DNA of 64,000 nucleotides from Camelus ferus. Its lineage: Eukaryota. Positions 34,186 through 45,790 of this stretch are shown piece by piece. The position numbers and the translations under genes are program-made. The stretch is taken from NCBI RefSeq assembly GCF_009834535.1, contig NC_045732.1, positions 13,082,001-13,146,000 on the forward strand. The letters run 5' to 3'. Positions within the stretch are counted from its first letter, which is position 1; each line of letters opens with the position of its first letter. The notes beneath the pieces were generated by a model. That model saw only the letters and a program-made list of their open reading frames with translations. It ran no database searches and had not been told where the DNA came from.

Positions 34186-35818
34186 AATACACTTTACCTG
34201 AGTGGTCCTTGAGAGAATACCAACCAAGTCTGCTCTACCCACTGAGCTAGGCTTTTCATTTCATAGAAAGTCAGTACAAGGGATTTGTGATTGCTCTCTG
34301 GGTGCCCAAGAGGCTCAGCACAACTGAGCACTGTGACGCCCCACCCCAAACGTGAGTGTATAACCTGGGGCATCCAAAGACATCCAGTCTTTTTATCAGC
34401 TCCCCATCAAAATTGTGCCCCTCCCCTCTCACTGTGCCTCTTAAGGTGCTGAACTACGTTCCAAACACTGTTGAATTAGAGTTTACCATTTGCCGATGAC
34501 AAAATCTGGATATTTTAGAGAGGATGTCGCTGGATGGAGCAGGTGCTGCCCACAGAACCTGGGGTAGACACGTGTGCTGGGATCTGGTCTACGAACACCC
34601 AGCGACTCCCAGGGCCATGTTAGAGCTCCTGGTGGGGTTGCGTGGGGTCGGCACCACGGTTGAATCACATGCTAACTCCTCCATCCACTGAGCTCTGCTT
34701 CCTTCACTCGGTCAAGATACTGCTGCCCACACATTCCCCACAACAACCCTCCTGCATGCTCACCTCCATCTCAGAGGCGGCCTCTCCAGAAACTCATTTT
34801 AATGCTCCAGGCGGGTGCCCGGCTTCCCGAGAGCAGGCAGGTCCCCCCAACGCCCTCAGAAGTAAGAGGCACAGATGCTTTGTTTGAAGAGATCCCCCCC
34901 CGTACCCCGCTCCCTAATTTCGACAACCAATCGTACACTTAGGGTCAATCTGAGGGGAGCTGGGAAAAGCTGAGTCAACTGCAGCCAGATTTTGAAGGTT
35001 TCTCATGCAAAATTTAATTATTGCAAAGCTCACCCTGGCAAAGATCGCCTTGACACTGGGACATTGTTCAGAAATAAGATTCAAATGCGAACTCACAGAA
35101 TGCTAATCGGCTCTGCACCCTCCCCCCAAAAATGTTCACACAAGTCCTCTGAGGCCCTGAAATGTCTGCACTTCTTATGGTTCTAAATTCACTCCACTGT
35201 CATCTTTTATTCAAACCATGTTGCAATGGTTCTATTTTCGCAGTCCCCTTCGCCCCCTCCCCGTGCCTTTTACGCCGTGTGAACAGTTCACGCAACCACT
35301 GGGGGCCAACTGCTCGTGCACAGCTCGGTGAACACATGCTCACAGAGCGAAAGGCCCCGTGAAGAACGTCAGAAAAGAAGGAAAGAGGTGGTGAAAAGCT
35401 GTGAAGACGCACGCTTTCCTCCCTGCATTAACCTCGGACCCACCCAGCCTAACATGCTTTGCGGGAAGGACGTTTTAACGTGTGTTTGCGGATGGTAAGA
35501 CTTGGTAGTGACAAGCCAGGGGTTCACTGCCTCATGCCAAGGATTGAGCCGACGTGGTCTTCATATGTCTATTGTCATGTCTCTTCGGAGAGGATTTCAG
35601 TAAAAATGGTGCACTGGTGTTTTTTTTTCTTTCTTTTTTGCCAACATCTCAATCCCGAGGTAAGACGTGAAAAGAGGAAAATTTTTTTCAAGTCCAAGGC
35701 GATGCAGGGGCAGGATCTCGATCAACACGTGTTGACTTGGGAATTTATATGGAGACTGACAAATCAAGACCAAAACCTGGAGGGTGGCTTCACGAGTCCC
35801 ACAGTCCGGGGCAGTGTC

Positions 35819-35986
35819 CTGCATCACGGTCACGTGACCCACGCGAGTTGCAGAGAGCTCCGGAGTCAGGAGGACCCCGCGCTCGGTTTAATGGTCTGCT
35901 GTCAAGTCTATTGACTCGAAATTCTTAACAATTTTTTGGACAAGAGCCCCACATTTCCCCTTTGTGATAGTCTGTGTTTCTGGCCT
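35819..35986 (+). mobile_element. MER45A-like hAT (Tip100) DNA transposon fossil
   Basis: GACCCCGCGCTCGGTTTAATGGTCTGCTGTC...GAAATTCTTAACAATTTTTTGGACAAGAGCCCCACATTT matches the recalled MER45A core. Confidence 0.65.
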
Positions 35987-37914
35987 TAAGTATAATCTTT
36001 TTTTTTTTTTTTTTTTTTTTGAGACACGTAAGAAATACAATTGTTTCATATGGATGGTCCGGAGAAATATCTGAGATGTGAATCGGTGAGTTGTCTGCAC
36101 TGAACTTCTCCTTATCTTTGGGGAAAAGGATCATGTGCTTAAAGTGAAGTGGTTTGGGGTTAACTGTACAGAACTGGGAACTGGAAACCAGAAACAGAAA
36201 GGGTGTGCCTTCTAAACCTTCACGGTCCCGTTTGCTGTGACTGCTCACCTGAAACAGTTGCAGGCGATTTTAAAGCTTTTAAAGCAAATGAATATGAAAA
36301 CCAGTAATGTAAAAAAAAAAAAAATCTGGGCAACTTTTGGTTTAAAAATATTGGGTCTTTTGGAAAATGGCGTGTTGAGCGTGACCCAGCCACTCTCGTT
36401 GGCCACTGATCTGCAAACTGAAACAACCGTGCTGTTTACCCCTCTGGGATTGGTGACCCGGTACTGGAAATGAGGAAGTACGTGAAGCCCTTCGCCACCC
36501 AAAACAAGCAACAAGAAGGCAGAGGTGAGAGCCCACACGGAAAGTCAGGAACGGGGGGCATCTGAGCGGGGCAGGCTCGGAAAACACGGAGAAGTTCAGG
36601 TGCTTGGCTAACGTTATTCAGACTCTGCGAAAACTCACACCCTCTATGTTGTTTTAATGTTTAGAGTTTCATTTCCTCCCTTCTGTTTTATTTCCACAGC
36701 GTCCACTGTGTAAACAGTGACACCACGCAGCGCAGTCCTTGGGGTTTTATTGTTGAGAACCGGGACACACATAAAACACGGCGGGGGCGGCTGGAGGGTG
36801 GCAAGGATACATTCGACTTTCATTTGGCATCCGGCCGGGAAGGGGAGGGGGTGAGGATGTGGTGGAAAGAGAAATCAAAGCACTAATTTTATAAGACCTG
36901 GGAGGCAAGAGATCCTGTTGGAAATGGACGTGGAACTATGATATTCAAGCCGTAAACACACCTCTCAAAGAATCACAATATTAACTGAAAAAACAAATTA
37001 GAGGTGAGCCGGGGAGGTGGCGGAAACAGCCAAGTGTTTAATTTTGCGTCGGTCGTGGCCGGGAATCGAGTCCCGTTTTAAAGTTGATAAATCAGATGAA
37101 CAGATCGATACCGGACAGCCACGAGAATGGCTGTTATTAAACAGATGAAGATTGAAAGGTCGTGCGTCCCTGCCCCCTGGCTCCCTGCCCGGCGCCCGCA
37201 GCGCCGCGTCTGCAGCCTGGACGCTCGTCAGAGCAGATCCGGTCTCTTTGGAGACGTCCACCTGCCGCACCGAACCCTGGTTCCCGGGACAGGTGCGTCC
37301 CCGTAGACAGAGCGCCCCCCGCTGTCTGCCCGCCAGGAGCTGTAAGTCTTTACCCTCCGAGGGGTGACTGACTTGAGGGTCTCTGCTTTGGGGTCTCACG
37401 GACGCATGCTGTGCACCCCCACGAGGTGGCTTCTCAGCTGCGCAGTGCTGGGAGTAACGCTGAACGCTAAGCCAGAGGTGACACGGAGCTGATGGCCCAT
37501 GCTGAATGCTAAGCCAGGACCAGGCTAACGCTTTTCCTATAAAAGACCCCCAGTGATTTCCAGGTCACTCCCGCCCCTTCCCATGAGACTGCTGCGCGGA
37601 GCCGGCTGAGAACAGAGGTTGACAGGAATCGTCGACGAGACTCTCACATCGATGTGCCGAAGGTGCGTTGTCTGCTGCCTCAGAATTTCAGCTGATTCCC
37701 AAAGCCAAAAACAACCATGCCAAGAAACCCCAGTTCTACGGGGTTTTCCCAAGAGCTGGCCAGACCTCACCCCGTCACCCTCTTCCGACACCAGGAGGCA
37801 GAAGCAGGGGGCAACCCTGCAAGATCTGAGCTTCGTCCTTCATCACCTGTAAGAGTGGGAAAATGAGTGCTTCTTACCCGTAAGCTGCTGCTAATTGGAC
37901 ATGCAATAAGGTTC

Positions 37915-38735
37915 TTTTTAAATTTGAAGGTAAAATTCCTGTCACGTTCAGTTCATCCCCTTAAAATGCACCATTCAGTGGCTTTGAGCACGTTCACAGC
38001 GTTGTTCAACCATCCCTACCATACAGTTCCAGAACGTTTTCATCTCCTTCAGAGGAAACCCTGTCCCCAGGAAGCAGTGTCCCCTACTCCCCTCCGACAG
38101 TCTTTGGAAACCAGTAACCCACTTTTGGACCATGGATCTATTTTGGACATTTCATGTACAAATGTGTCCTTTTGTGTCTGGCTTCCTTCAGTGAGCAGCA
38201 TGTTCTGAAGGTCCATCCACGTTGGAGCTGGTCAGTGCCTCTTCCTTTTTCATGGGTGAATAATATTCCACTCCAAGGACAGATCCCATTCTATTTATCC
38301 ACCTAATCATTAATGGACATTTGGGTTGTTTTCACCTTCAGACCATTGTGAATAATGCTGCTGCAAACATGGGTGTGCAGACATCTGTTTGAACACCTGT
38401 TTTTAACTGCCTTGCCTTTGTACCTACCACTGGTGTTGCCATATCCATGCTAATCCTATGTTTAATTTTTTTAGGGACCACCGTACTGTCTTCCCATGTG
38501 GCTGGACCAGTCTGCGTCCCCACCAGCAACTCCTCCATGTCCTCAACAGCGCTTACCCTTTGCCCTTTTTTTCTTTCTTTAAAGTGATAGCCATCATTGC
38601 GACTATGAACTGATTTTAATTTGTATTTTCCCAAAGGCGGGTAATAGTGAATACACTTTCATGTGCTTATTGGCCATTTCTATATCTTCTCTGAAGCAAT
38701 ATCTCTTCAAGTCCTTGGCCCACCTTTAAAAATCG
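37915..38735 (-). mobile_element. L1MB-like fragment (ORF2 end plus 3' UTR)
   Basis: TGTGTCTGGCTTCCTTCAGTGAGCAGCATGTT...GAATAATATTCCA...TGGACATTTGGGTTGTTTTCACC...TTCATGTGCTTATTGGCCATTT. Confidence 0.85.
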
Positions 38736-40199
38736 GCCGGGAGCAGGAGCAGCAGCCGGAATGGCGCTGTTCACCTCCGCGTGGATGTCACACCCCCGGC
38801 GAGTTGTTGGAGCTGGGTTTCCTACACTCTGCCTCCTTTCAACGTTCCCCCCCAACTCTTTTAGTGGGATTCCTGTGTTGAAAGAAAAAGCCCTTAACCC
38901 TAATGCACTCGGCGTTCAATTAAATCTATTTCAACACGGCGTACCCAGAGAGCTGCATTTCAACACTTGGCTCTTAAGGACCCCTAAGGGCTCACGGGGA
39001 GGGAGGGGGCCCAGGGCTGCGTGAAATCCCCGGTCAACCCGGGACAGACGGTCTTAACCCCCCGTCAAGGTCTCCGACGAGAAGCAGCCGTCTTCCCCTG
39101 TCCACATGGTACCTTACACCATCGTTTTAGGGCGAAAGCACACATCAGGAGTTTAGCAACAAATTCTCTTGGATCGATCGGATTAAAACCCCCTGACATG
39201 GTGGGTAACTGGCACTTCTGAAGCTCACCCAGCCCTCTGCAGCCCCACGCTCGGCCCTATGGTCACCGTTGGAAGAGAAAGCCAGGCAAGAAATGCCAGC
39301 GGTTTCCTGGGCTGAGGCCCTGCACCAAATGCAAGGACACCGCCAGCGCTCACACGCACGACCGAGATGTGCGGAGACACACCCGCGTGTGCAGATTGGA
39401 CGTTAAGAGTCTTACGCGGTTCAGGTGGGATCAGTCCTGCTTCTCCCACGAGAGAGCTCCTTCCAGGAGGAGCTCCCCACGGGCAGGGACAGAAGCCGTG
39501 TGCACCCCCGGGAAACCCTCCGTCCCTCTGCTCCTGCCTCTGTGGGTGGACAGCCAGCACTCGCAGCCCCAAGTCAGCTTTCCCCCCATTAAAAAAAAAA
39601 ACTCACAAATTAATTAGCAGTGCTCCTGCACGCAGTCTCCCGAGAAGGAGAAATGTGTGTATCTTTTCCCACGTGTGTACAAACACCAGCGGGTGGGTGT
39701 GGGCGGGGAGGGGGCAGAGGGTTTAAATAATTCAGTAAAAACAGAAATTAAGTACAGCACGACATCCTTAAACCCAACCGACGCTGTGTTACTGTAATTT
39801 TTATTTTCAGTGCTCAGCGCCCGCGATGGTCACCGGGTCACGGCCTCACAGAAGTATCCAAGTCGAGAAGCTGCTCTCTTCGCGTGGGTGGGGGGCGGAA
39901 TTGGATGGGAAGCTTCAATTTTATGATAACGGGGGTTCCGCAAAGCATTGGTAATAAAATGGTAATCTCAAACATAAAAGAGCATTAACCCCCGTCAGAC
40001 GCGGAGGCACGGAGGAGGCTGGAGTGACTTCTTAAATGGGATTTGATCTAAACAAATTATACGACAGGATTTTATTAAATGGCAGGGTCGCTGGGAGTGA
40101 ATGACCGCAGAGAGATGAGATTATAGTTACCTTCAGAGTCAGCCTCCCCTGGAAAGTGTTGGGGCCACTGCCATTTTTTGGTTCATTCAAAATATGCCC

Positions 40200-40620
40200 G
40201 ATGGACCTGGAGACGGTCATACTGAGTGAAGCAAGTCAGACAGAGAAAGACAAATATCATATGATCTCAGTTAAAGGTGGATCCTAAAAAAGTGACGCAA
40301 ATTCTATTTACAAACCAAAAACACACTCGCAGACAGAAAACAAACTATGGTTAGTTACCAAAGGGGAAAGGGCAGGGAGGGATAAATTAGGAGTCTGGGA
40401 TTTGCAGATACACACTACTGTACATAAAATAGATGAACAACAAGGCCCTACTGTAGAGCACAGGGAACTATATTCAATATCCCTTAATGAGATTTAATGA
40501 AAAATAATGTGAAAAGAAAAAATATATGTATGCATATGTATAACTGAATGACTTTGCTGCACACCTGCAACTAACATTGCAAATCAACTACACTTCAGTA
40601 AAAATTAACAAAAGAAAATA
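40200..40620 (+). mobile_element. LINE-1 3' end, cetartiodactyl-type
   Basis: ATGGACCTGGAGACGGTCATACTGAGTGAAGCAAGTCAGACAGAGAAAGACAAATATCATATGAT...GGGAGGGATAAATTAGGAG...CACAGGGAACTATATTCAATATC, then an A-rich tail. Confidence 0.9.
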
Positions 40621-41097
40621 TGTCAGGTAAAAAAGGCAGTAACATCTTAACGTATTCCGTGCACAGTTACATATCATAATTTTAAAACTTTTAACATATT
40701 TTGTATACGATTATGTAAGATACATTGGTATCACCCATCAGATACAGCACAAAAATGGATAAAGCAAATCGTAACTGTTAGTATCATTATGAATTCGCAA
40801 CAAGAAAACCTGGTTTTGGTTTCTGGATGCCTCTGACGACTCTAAGGATCCAGCGCTTTTGAGGAAGATGCCTCCAGGTCGGAGCAGGAGATGGACAAGG
40901 TGCATCAGGGGCCCCTTGACATCCTGTGGGATGCAGCAGGAAAAGTATCCAGCCTGCAGGTCGCCAGCCTGCAGGTCGTGGGAGCAGATGAGAAAAACGT
41001 TGCATGAATTCAGTGCACACCATCAGCTTGTGGGAGGCACCACAGCACACAGACAGGGTTGCTCACATAAAACGGTGCAGAAAGGCTTTAAAAGGTA

Positions 41098-41495
41098 CCT
41101 AATCCATCAGCAGATGGATGGAGAAATAAAACGGAGTTCATCCACCGAGGGGAATATTACTCAGCCAGGAAAAGGGGTGAAGCTCTGGCACAGGCTTCAG
41201 CATGGATGGACCTTGGACACAGGATGCTCCGTGAGAGAAGCTGACACAGAAGGACACACAGGGTGTGATTCCATTTACAGGAAACACACAGAACAGGCAA
41301 ATCCACAGACGCAGAAAGTGGTTAGTGGTGCCAGGGGCTGGGGGAGGGGGAGGGATGGCTTAAAGGATGTGATGACGGACGTATTTTGAAACCCGAGAGA
41401 AGTCATGCTCACACAATGCTGTGAATGTGCTAGACACCACAGAGTCGTTCATTTTTAAAAGCTTAATTTTATGTTGTTTGAAATTCACCTCGATG
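41098..41495 (+). mobile_element. L1MB-like 3' end (GC-shifted variant, copy 1)
   Basis: GGAATATTACTCAGCCAGGAAAAGGGGTGAAGCTCTGGCACAGG...GGACACACAGGGTGTGATTCCATTTACAGG...AATTTTATGTTGTTTGAAATTCACCTC. Confidence 0.85.
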
Positions 41496-41519
41496 CACTG
41501 TATTTTTTTATTTTTGAAA

Positions 41520-41910
41520 AGCCAGAGACTTGAAACTAATTGATCAAATCTGACAAGCTGATCTTGTTTGGATGCTGACTTGGACAAACCCAGTGTAAAA
41601 AATTCATCGTGCAGACGAGGGAGGAAATTTGCACAGCATCTCCTAAGGGAGTATTGCTGGCTTTAAGGCTGATGGTATTGTAATCATGAGCTGAACGATA
41701 CTATTATCTGTTGGAGTGACATCCTAAAGTAATTATCGGTAGGATGATGTAATGTCTGGAATTTGCCTTAAAATTACCACAAGCATGAAAAGGACAGGAA
41801 ATGGAACAGGATTGGCAACATGTCGGTGGAGGATGAAACGGGTGACAGGTGTATGGGATTTCATAAAACCCCTTTTCTTAAAAAAAAAATTTTGCATGTG
41901 GAAATATGCA
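41520..41910 (+). mobile_element. L1MC/ME-like 3' remnant
   Basis: GATCTTGTTTGGATGCTGACTTGGACAAACC...GATGATGTAATGTCTGGAATTTGCCTTAAAAT resembles old L1MC4/ME 3' UTRs. Confidence 0.55.
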
Positions 41911-41990
41911 CTCAAACCATATCCAGCAAAATGTGGAATTGAGAGTCACTTATTCACTCAACAAACATTTGAGGAGGAATCCTGCTAAGT

Positions 41991-42200
41991 CCGTTTAGCC
42001 AGAATGCCCCCTTCCTTTTCACATCTCCTCTTAGTAATTTTCCACCCACTAAACCCCCTCACTCTGCCCGTCAGCTACAAATCCCCAGCTACCTGCTGTG
42101 TCCAGACTGAAGCCCGATCTCTCTCCAATAGCCTTGACACCTACTGGTAACAGTGCTGAGTGACATCTTCCTGACTGTTTAAACGGGTCTTTTCTTTAAT
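41991..42200 (+). mobile_element. ERV1-group LTR remnant
   Basis: GTAATTTTCCACCCACT...GCTACAAATCCCC...GAAGCCCGATCTCTCTCC...TCTTCCTGACTGTTTAA resembles the 3' half of MER4/MER34-group LTRs. Confidence 0.45.
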
Positions 42201-42210
42201 GGGTCTGATC

Positions 42211-42675
42211 CAGAATTGAAACAGGAACTCAAGCAAAAACTTGTACATGCATGTTCATAGCAACATGATTCAAAGTAGCCACAAAAGTGGAAACCACCCC
42301 AAATGTCCATGGATGGATGGATGGGGAAAGAGAATGAAGTCCATCCACAGTGGGGGGAATATTACTCAGCCAGGAAAAGGAGTGAAGCTCTGACACAGGA
42401 GACAGCGTGGATGGACCTTGGACACAAGATGCTCCGTGAGAGAAGCAGACACAGAAGGACACACAGAAGGTGTGTGATTCATTTTCAGAAAACGCCCAGA
42501 ACAGACAAATCCAAAGACAGAAAGTGGATTTGTGGTTACCAGGGGCTGGGGGAGGGGGAGGGAGAGTGACTGCTCACAGGGACGAGGTTTCTCTTTGAGG
42601 GGATGAGACTGTTTTGGAAGCAGAGGGGTTGGTTGCCACCTCACTGTAAATGGACTTAATGCCCTGTGAGTGGTG
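42211..42675 (+). mobile_element. L1MB-like 3' end (GC-shifted variant, copy 2)
   Basis: ATGTTCATAGCAACATGATTC...GAATATTACTCAGCCAGGAAAAGGAGTGAAGCTCTGACACAGG...GAGAAGCAGACACAGAAGGACACACAG. Confidence 0.85.
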
Positions 42676-43052
42676 CGATCAGCCAAATGCCTCACAGCAC
42701 AGGGGCCAGGGAAGGCAGCAGACCCAGGGCTGCTGGAAGTCGGAGATGCGTGAGCGAGTGAGTGAGTGAGTGAGTGCGGACCTCCACCCCACACTAGGGA
42801 CAGGCAGAGAGTGTGCAGAGCGTGCAGGAGAGTGGGGCCACCCAGCAATTCTTCCTAGAGTCCCTGCAGTCCTGGCTCAGTGACCAGCTGCCTGAGGGGT
42901 CTGATGAGCATACAGTCAGTGCTTTCCATCTCATGATCTGTCTGACCGTCTTGTGTCCAGTAAACCCTGAGATGCCTGGTGGAGAGGCTGGGGAGGAGGC
43001 AGCTTAAAGGGGCTTGTGCAGGAGAAGAAAAGAACCCTACCCTGGGAGGGGG

Positions 43053-43416
43053 TGCTGGGACAGTTCATGGATGTGTCCACATGATGGGGCCATGTTGGGG
43101 CAGAGGGCAGATACCTGGTTAAACATGATTCTGGGCGTGTCTGAGAGGGCAGTTCTGGAGGAGAAAAGCAACTGAATCAGTGGACTGAGGGTAGCCACTC
43201 AGGGTGGGTGGACCTGGTCTAATCAGTAGAAGGCACGGATTGAACAAATAGGGAAGAGAGAATTTGCTTTCTGTCTGGTTGCTGAGCTGGGGCATCCAGT
43301 TTTGCCCATCCTCAGTGGTCCAGCTCACTGGCCTTCAAGCTACTCCACCAGCTCTCCCAGGCCTTCAACTTGCAGATGGTGGGTGGTGGGACCCCTTGTC
43401 CTCCATAGTCATCCAT
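43053..43416 (+). mobile_element. MLT2-like (ERVL) LTR
   Basis: CAGATACCTGGTTAAACATGATTCTGGGCGTGTCTGAGAGGG...AATCAGTGGACTGAG...TCTAATCAGTAGAAGGC follows the MLT2 layout. Confidence 0.65.

Positions 43417-43476
<60 letters not shown>
43417..43476. repeat. Perfect (TCTA)15 tetranucleotide STR, with a degenerate extension to about 43555
   Basis: 60 bp of uninterrupted TCTA. Confidence 0.98.
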
Positions 43477-43573
43477 CCTATCTCTTCATCCATCCATCTT
43501 TATCTATCTGTCTATGTATCTATCTATCTATCCATCGATCCATCCATCCATCACCTAACCTCTCTCTCTATGG

Positions 43574-43785
43574 CAGTCACTTACAACTAGGGACAATTTT
43601 ACTCCCCGGTAGACCCTTGTCAATATCTGGAAACATTACCAATTGTCATCACTGTGGACAGCAGGGTGATCTTCTGGCACGTGGTGGGTGCAGACCAGGG
43701 ACAGCTCCACACCCCACAGTGCAAAGGACGGCCCTCATCAGAGAGTCCTCCAGTCCAGAGGGTCAGCTCTCCACGTTGTTCACCT
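43574..43785 (+). mobile_element. MER20-like hAT-Charlie MITE
   Basis: CAGTCACTTACAACTAGGGACAATTTTACTCCCC...CAATATCTGGAAACATT...TTGTCATCACTG...CCCCACAGTGCAAAGGACGGCCC is collinear with MER20 over about 210 bp. Confidence 0.75.
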
Positions 43786-43974
43786 AGAATGGGGTTCATT
43801 TCCACCAAGGACCCACTTCTCCTCAACCTGGGACCCCCTGCTACCACACACCTGTGCTAAATGGCCAGAGTTCAAGTCTGAGTGTCAAGGAGTTGGAGTT
43901 CTCTACCAGCCTGGTCCCTGGGTCAGGGCTGTGGCCTCTGACCTTTTCACCACCAACTGGTCATCACCAGGACT

Positions 43975-44180
43975 CCCCCACCCCCACTCCCTGGTCCCAT
44001 GAACGCACTTCCTGTGTCTGTGGATTTGCCTGTTCTGGGCATTTCCTGTAAAAGGAATCACACCCTGTGTGTCCTTCTGTGTCTGTTTCTCTTACAGAGC
44101 ATCCTGCGTTCAAGGTCCACCCACGCTGTCACCTGTGTCAGAGCTTCACTCCTCTTCCTGGCTGAGTAATATTCCTCTTG
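43975..44180 (-). mobile_element. L1MB-like 3' end (GC-shifted variant, copy 3, inverted)
   Basis: The reverse complement reads GGAATATTACTCAGCCAGGAAGAGGAGTGAAGCTCTGACACAGGTGACAGCGTGG...GACACAGAAGGACACACAGGGTGTGATTCC. Confidence 0.85.
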
Positions 44181-45676
44181 CATTTGCTCCTTGAGGGCAT
44201 GTCTACACAGTAGTTGTTCATTTGAGAGGAACTGCTCACCACAGGCGAACGCATCTTCCCTGAGCTCCTCCCGGTCATCAGTCTTGACACTCAGTCTCTC
44301 CTGTCCTGGACGTCCAGGTCCACACTGAAGGTCCCTCGGTCCACAGCCCGCAAGCACCTGTGTGTTCTAGCGGCATTTCTGCCCCACAGGCTCAGCGACA
44401 GGCAGCCCGGAGAGCATCTCATAAAAACCTGAGCAGAGTGGGGCGGGGACTGCAGGATCTGCCGGCCATCTGTTCCCGGCGGCGGCTCTCGGCGACCTGC
44501 CACTTTGTGACATTGTAGCCTCCGGACGGCGGCACAGAGCCCCCTCCTGCCCTGTGCTTTTCCCGTCTCATTACGGGAATTTATTTTCTTGCTTTGTAGT
44601 TGGCGGAGACCCCGGCCTAATTGTTTCTTCCATGTGTTGTAAATCTGTCTTCCATTCAGTCAAACATGAAGCCGGGACCCAGCAATTTCCTCTCCCACCG
44701 TCGCACCGGCCGGCGGAGCGAGTGTTGAAATAAAACGAAACCTGCGTGCGCCCCTTCCCTCCCCGAATGCCACTTGCCCCAGGAATTTTTAATATTCGGG
44801 CCATACCCTCCGCATGAGGTCATCCCGGGATCTAATTGGAACCGTGGTTGGCGGGGCCGGACCGGCTGCCTCGCAGCTGGATGGGTGCCACGGCCAGCCT
44901 CCGACTCAAAGACTTTAATTCCGTCATGCCTCATCTGGTTTGATGCACTCTTTTGTAGCGAGTTCACAAATTTATTCTGAGGTTTCCAGCACGATGGGCT
45001 GGCCGTGAGTGGCCCCTGAAGTTTCTCTGGCTAACCAGCCCCCAAGAAGCCCCTTTCTGCTGTCTCCATGGGGGTCTCGGGCTTCAAACAGACCCCGTCC
45101 GCATCCCCGTGTCTTCTCTGCGGACTCCCCAAACTCAACCAGAACTCTGCTGTCGTCAGGTGCCTCCCGGGCACGTGTAACGTCTGCCAGGAATGCTCCC
45201 CACGCACACGATTTCTTAGCTTTGGTTTGAAAACATTTGCAACTCAGGGCTGGTGGTGGGGGCATCTGCACATTGCTAATTTTTGTTACTGGTGCCTGGA
45301 GTCAGCCCTTAAACCTGGGTTTTGAGGCAAACAGCACATATCACGTGGGTGCATGCACGCTGAAAAGTTTTCCGTTGTTCCTCTGAAATTCAAGTCTGAT
45401 CGGCAATGCTGGGTTTTATCCAGCAACCCCGTTTTCACAGCTCAACCTGTGGCGTCACTGACGGACAGGCAGGTGGCCCTGCCTGGGTGGATGTCTCGTT
45501 GAGGTTGGAAGGGACGAAGTCTGATACTTCACGGCTGTACCTGCGAACGTGTCCACGCTGGGCAGGTGTGTCCCTGGCTTAGGGACGTCACAGGTTTGTC
45601 TGAACTGACTCTGGGAGCTGCTGACTTTGTTACATCCTTGAGTCATAATATGGCTTCTCAGTTTCTATGAAGGACA

Positions 45677-45790
45677 CCCACACACACACACTCACACTCT
45701 CAGCCACCCCCCACCCACTACACACTGTCACCCCCCTACTACACACACACACACCCCACATACCCCGCCACACACACACCTCACACGCAC
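45677..45790. repeat. (CA)/(CCA)-rich low complexity
   Basis: Interrupted CACACA runs. Confidence 0.85.

Noticed and set aside
33941-34242. Functional L1 ORF2
   Set aside because: Only a frameshifted C-terminal remnant of a 5'-truncated copy is present. The 62680-64000 L1 is fully decayed.
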